In this document: positions 34,896 to 35,665 of the stretch, piece after piece
Layout: the number at the start of each line of letters is the position of its first letter
How positions within the stretch are numbered: position 1 is the stretch's first letter
DNA from: a virus
Taxonomy: Duplodnaviria > Caudoviricetes
DNA: 35,665 nucleotides
Reading direction: 5' to 3' (one strand)
Virus record (IMG/VR): IMGVR_UViG_3300040971_000377
Span: 1-35,665 of that record
Made by a program: the position numbers and the translations under genes
Notes under the pieces: generated by a model
Database searches by the model: none
What the model saw: only the letters and a program-made list of their open reading frames with translations
Told to the model about the DNA's origin: nothing

Positions 34896-35665
34896 TTACT
34901 ATCTCCTTTAGCAATAGAACTAGTATCTTGATTGGAAAAGAAAAAATCAAGATTTTTGACCTTAGCTAATTCCGCAAAACCTCTTGAGTACTCAATTAGG
35001 TCCAAGCGTAATTTCTCTAAATCCTTTCTACATTCATTGTTTTGTTCCCAATTGTCCTCCCCATTGAATTGGTCTGATTTTTCATAATCGGATAATAATT
35101 TATGCCATTTACTCAATCTTGGTCTAATAACTTTGTTAAGCATTGATATTGCTAACATTTCTACTGTCATTAGTTCTTTTTCTGAAGAGGGATTCATCCC
35201 TTTGAGCAATTCGCGTGAAAGGTTGAAAAGACTAAACAGAGACGTAAGAGCCTCTCGAATTTTCCCCGAATCATTTTCAAGAGGTTGTGTTGTAATCCTA
35301 GTAATTGTCTCAATAAACAATGACCAGGCAACTTTCTTACTCGAGTTATCTACTACAAATGATAAGTCCGCGAACTGAGGGATATTTAGTGTTATTTTTT
35401 CTACAAAAATGTTTTTGCCAATCACTCTTTCAGATTCTAAAAGAGCCAGAAACATGATAAAGCCAAGAATAAATCCAATAATTGGTAGTTGATATGTTTT
35501 ATCAAGCTGTAAGGCTAATGAAAGTATATGTCCAAAATATGTGCAAATAATAATAAGAAGCATCAAAAAGGAGATCCTACTATGCTTCTTGTAATAAATT
35601 GGGTAAAAAATAATTGATGTCGCTAATACTAAAAACTCTGGCAATATATTTATTATTAGTCCCAT
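34892..35665 (-). CDS. Three-TM plus helical-domain protein coupled to the TIR gene (may extend beyond the window)
   Basis: N-terminal TMs; AWSLFIETITRITTQPL..REALTSLFSLF..LNKVIRPRLSKWH; ATGA overlap with the TIR start. Confidence 0.8.
   Translation of the reverse strand: MGLIINILPEFLVLATSIIFYPIYYKKHSRISFLMLLIIICTYFGHILSLALQLDKTYQLPIIGFILGFIMFLALLESERVIGKNIFVEKITLNIPQFADLSFVVDNSSKKVAWSLFIETITRITTQPLENDSGKIREALTSLFSLFNLSRELLKGMNPSSEKELMTVEMLAISMLNKVIRPRLSKWHKLLSDYEKSDQFNGEDNWEQNNECRKDLEKLRLDLIEYSRGFAELAKVKNLDFFFSNQDTSSIAKGDSK

Overview
This is a near-complete temperate siphovirus (prophage) with an HK97-type head. The host is probably Chloroflexota/Anaerolineae, inferred from the Thr/Pro-rich lipoprotein style. 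Left to right it carries: a 5'-truncated tyrosine integrase; an AT-rich accessory block (ThsB-like TIR, KTSC, thermonuclease, two hexaproline micro-peptides, a multi-TM protein, a lipoprotein); a repressor/RHH switch; early genes; a ~600-nt densely base-paired non-coding region; SSB; a ParB plus ubiquitin-like conjugation operon (PRTRC type: Ubl, E2, JAB, E1) coupled to a DnaA_N-containing replication initiator; holin-like genes; HNH, terminase, portal, Clp protease and capsid; a tail with a -1 frameshifted chaperone; a GH25 endolysin; a DNA methyltransferase; and a second TIR gene coupled to a membrane protein. The most notable unexplained signals are: (1) the phage-encoded ParB-E1/E2/JAB/Ubl pathway together with five dispersed parS-like palindromes (core TGTTTGCGCGCAAACA); (2) the large structured RNA candidate at 7.3-7.9 kb; (3) a two-hairpin element with a conserved UCCCUAAU segment on both early transcripts; (4) two TIR genes without ThsA, each next to a membrane protein; (5) tandem hexaproline peptides. 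All calls come from motif recognition by eye; no searches were run.
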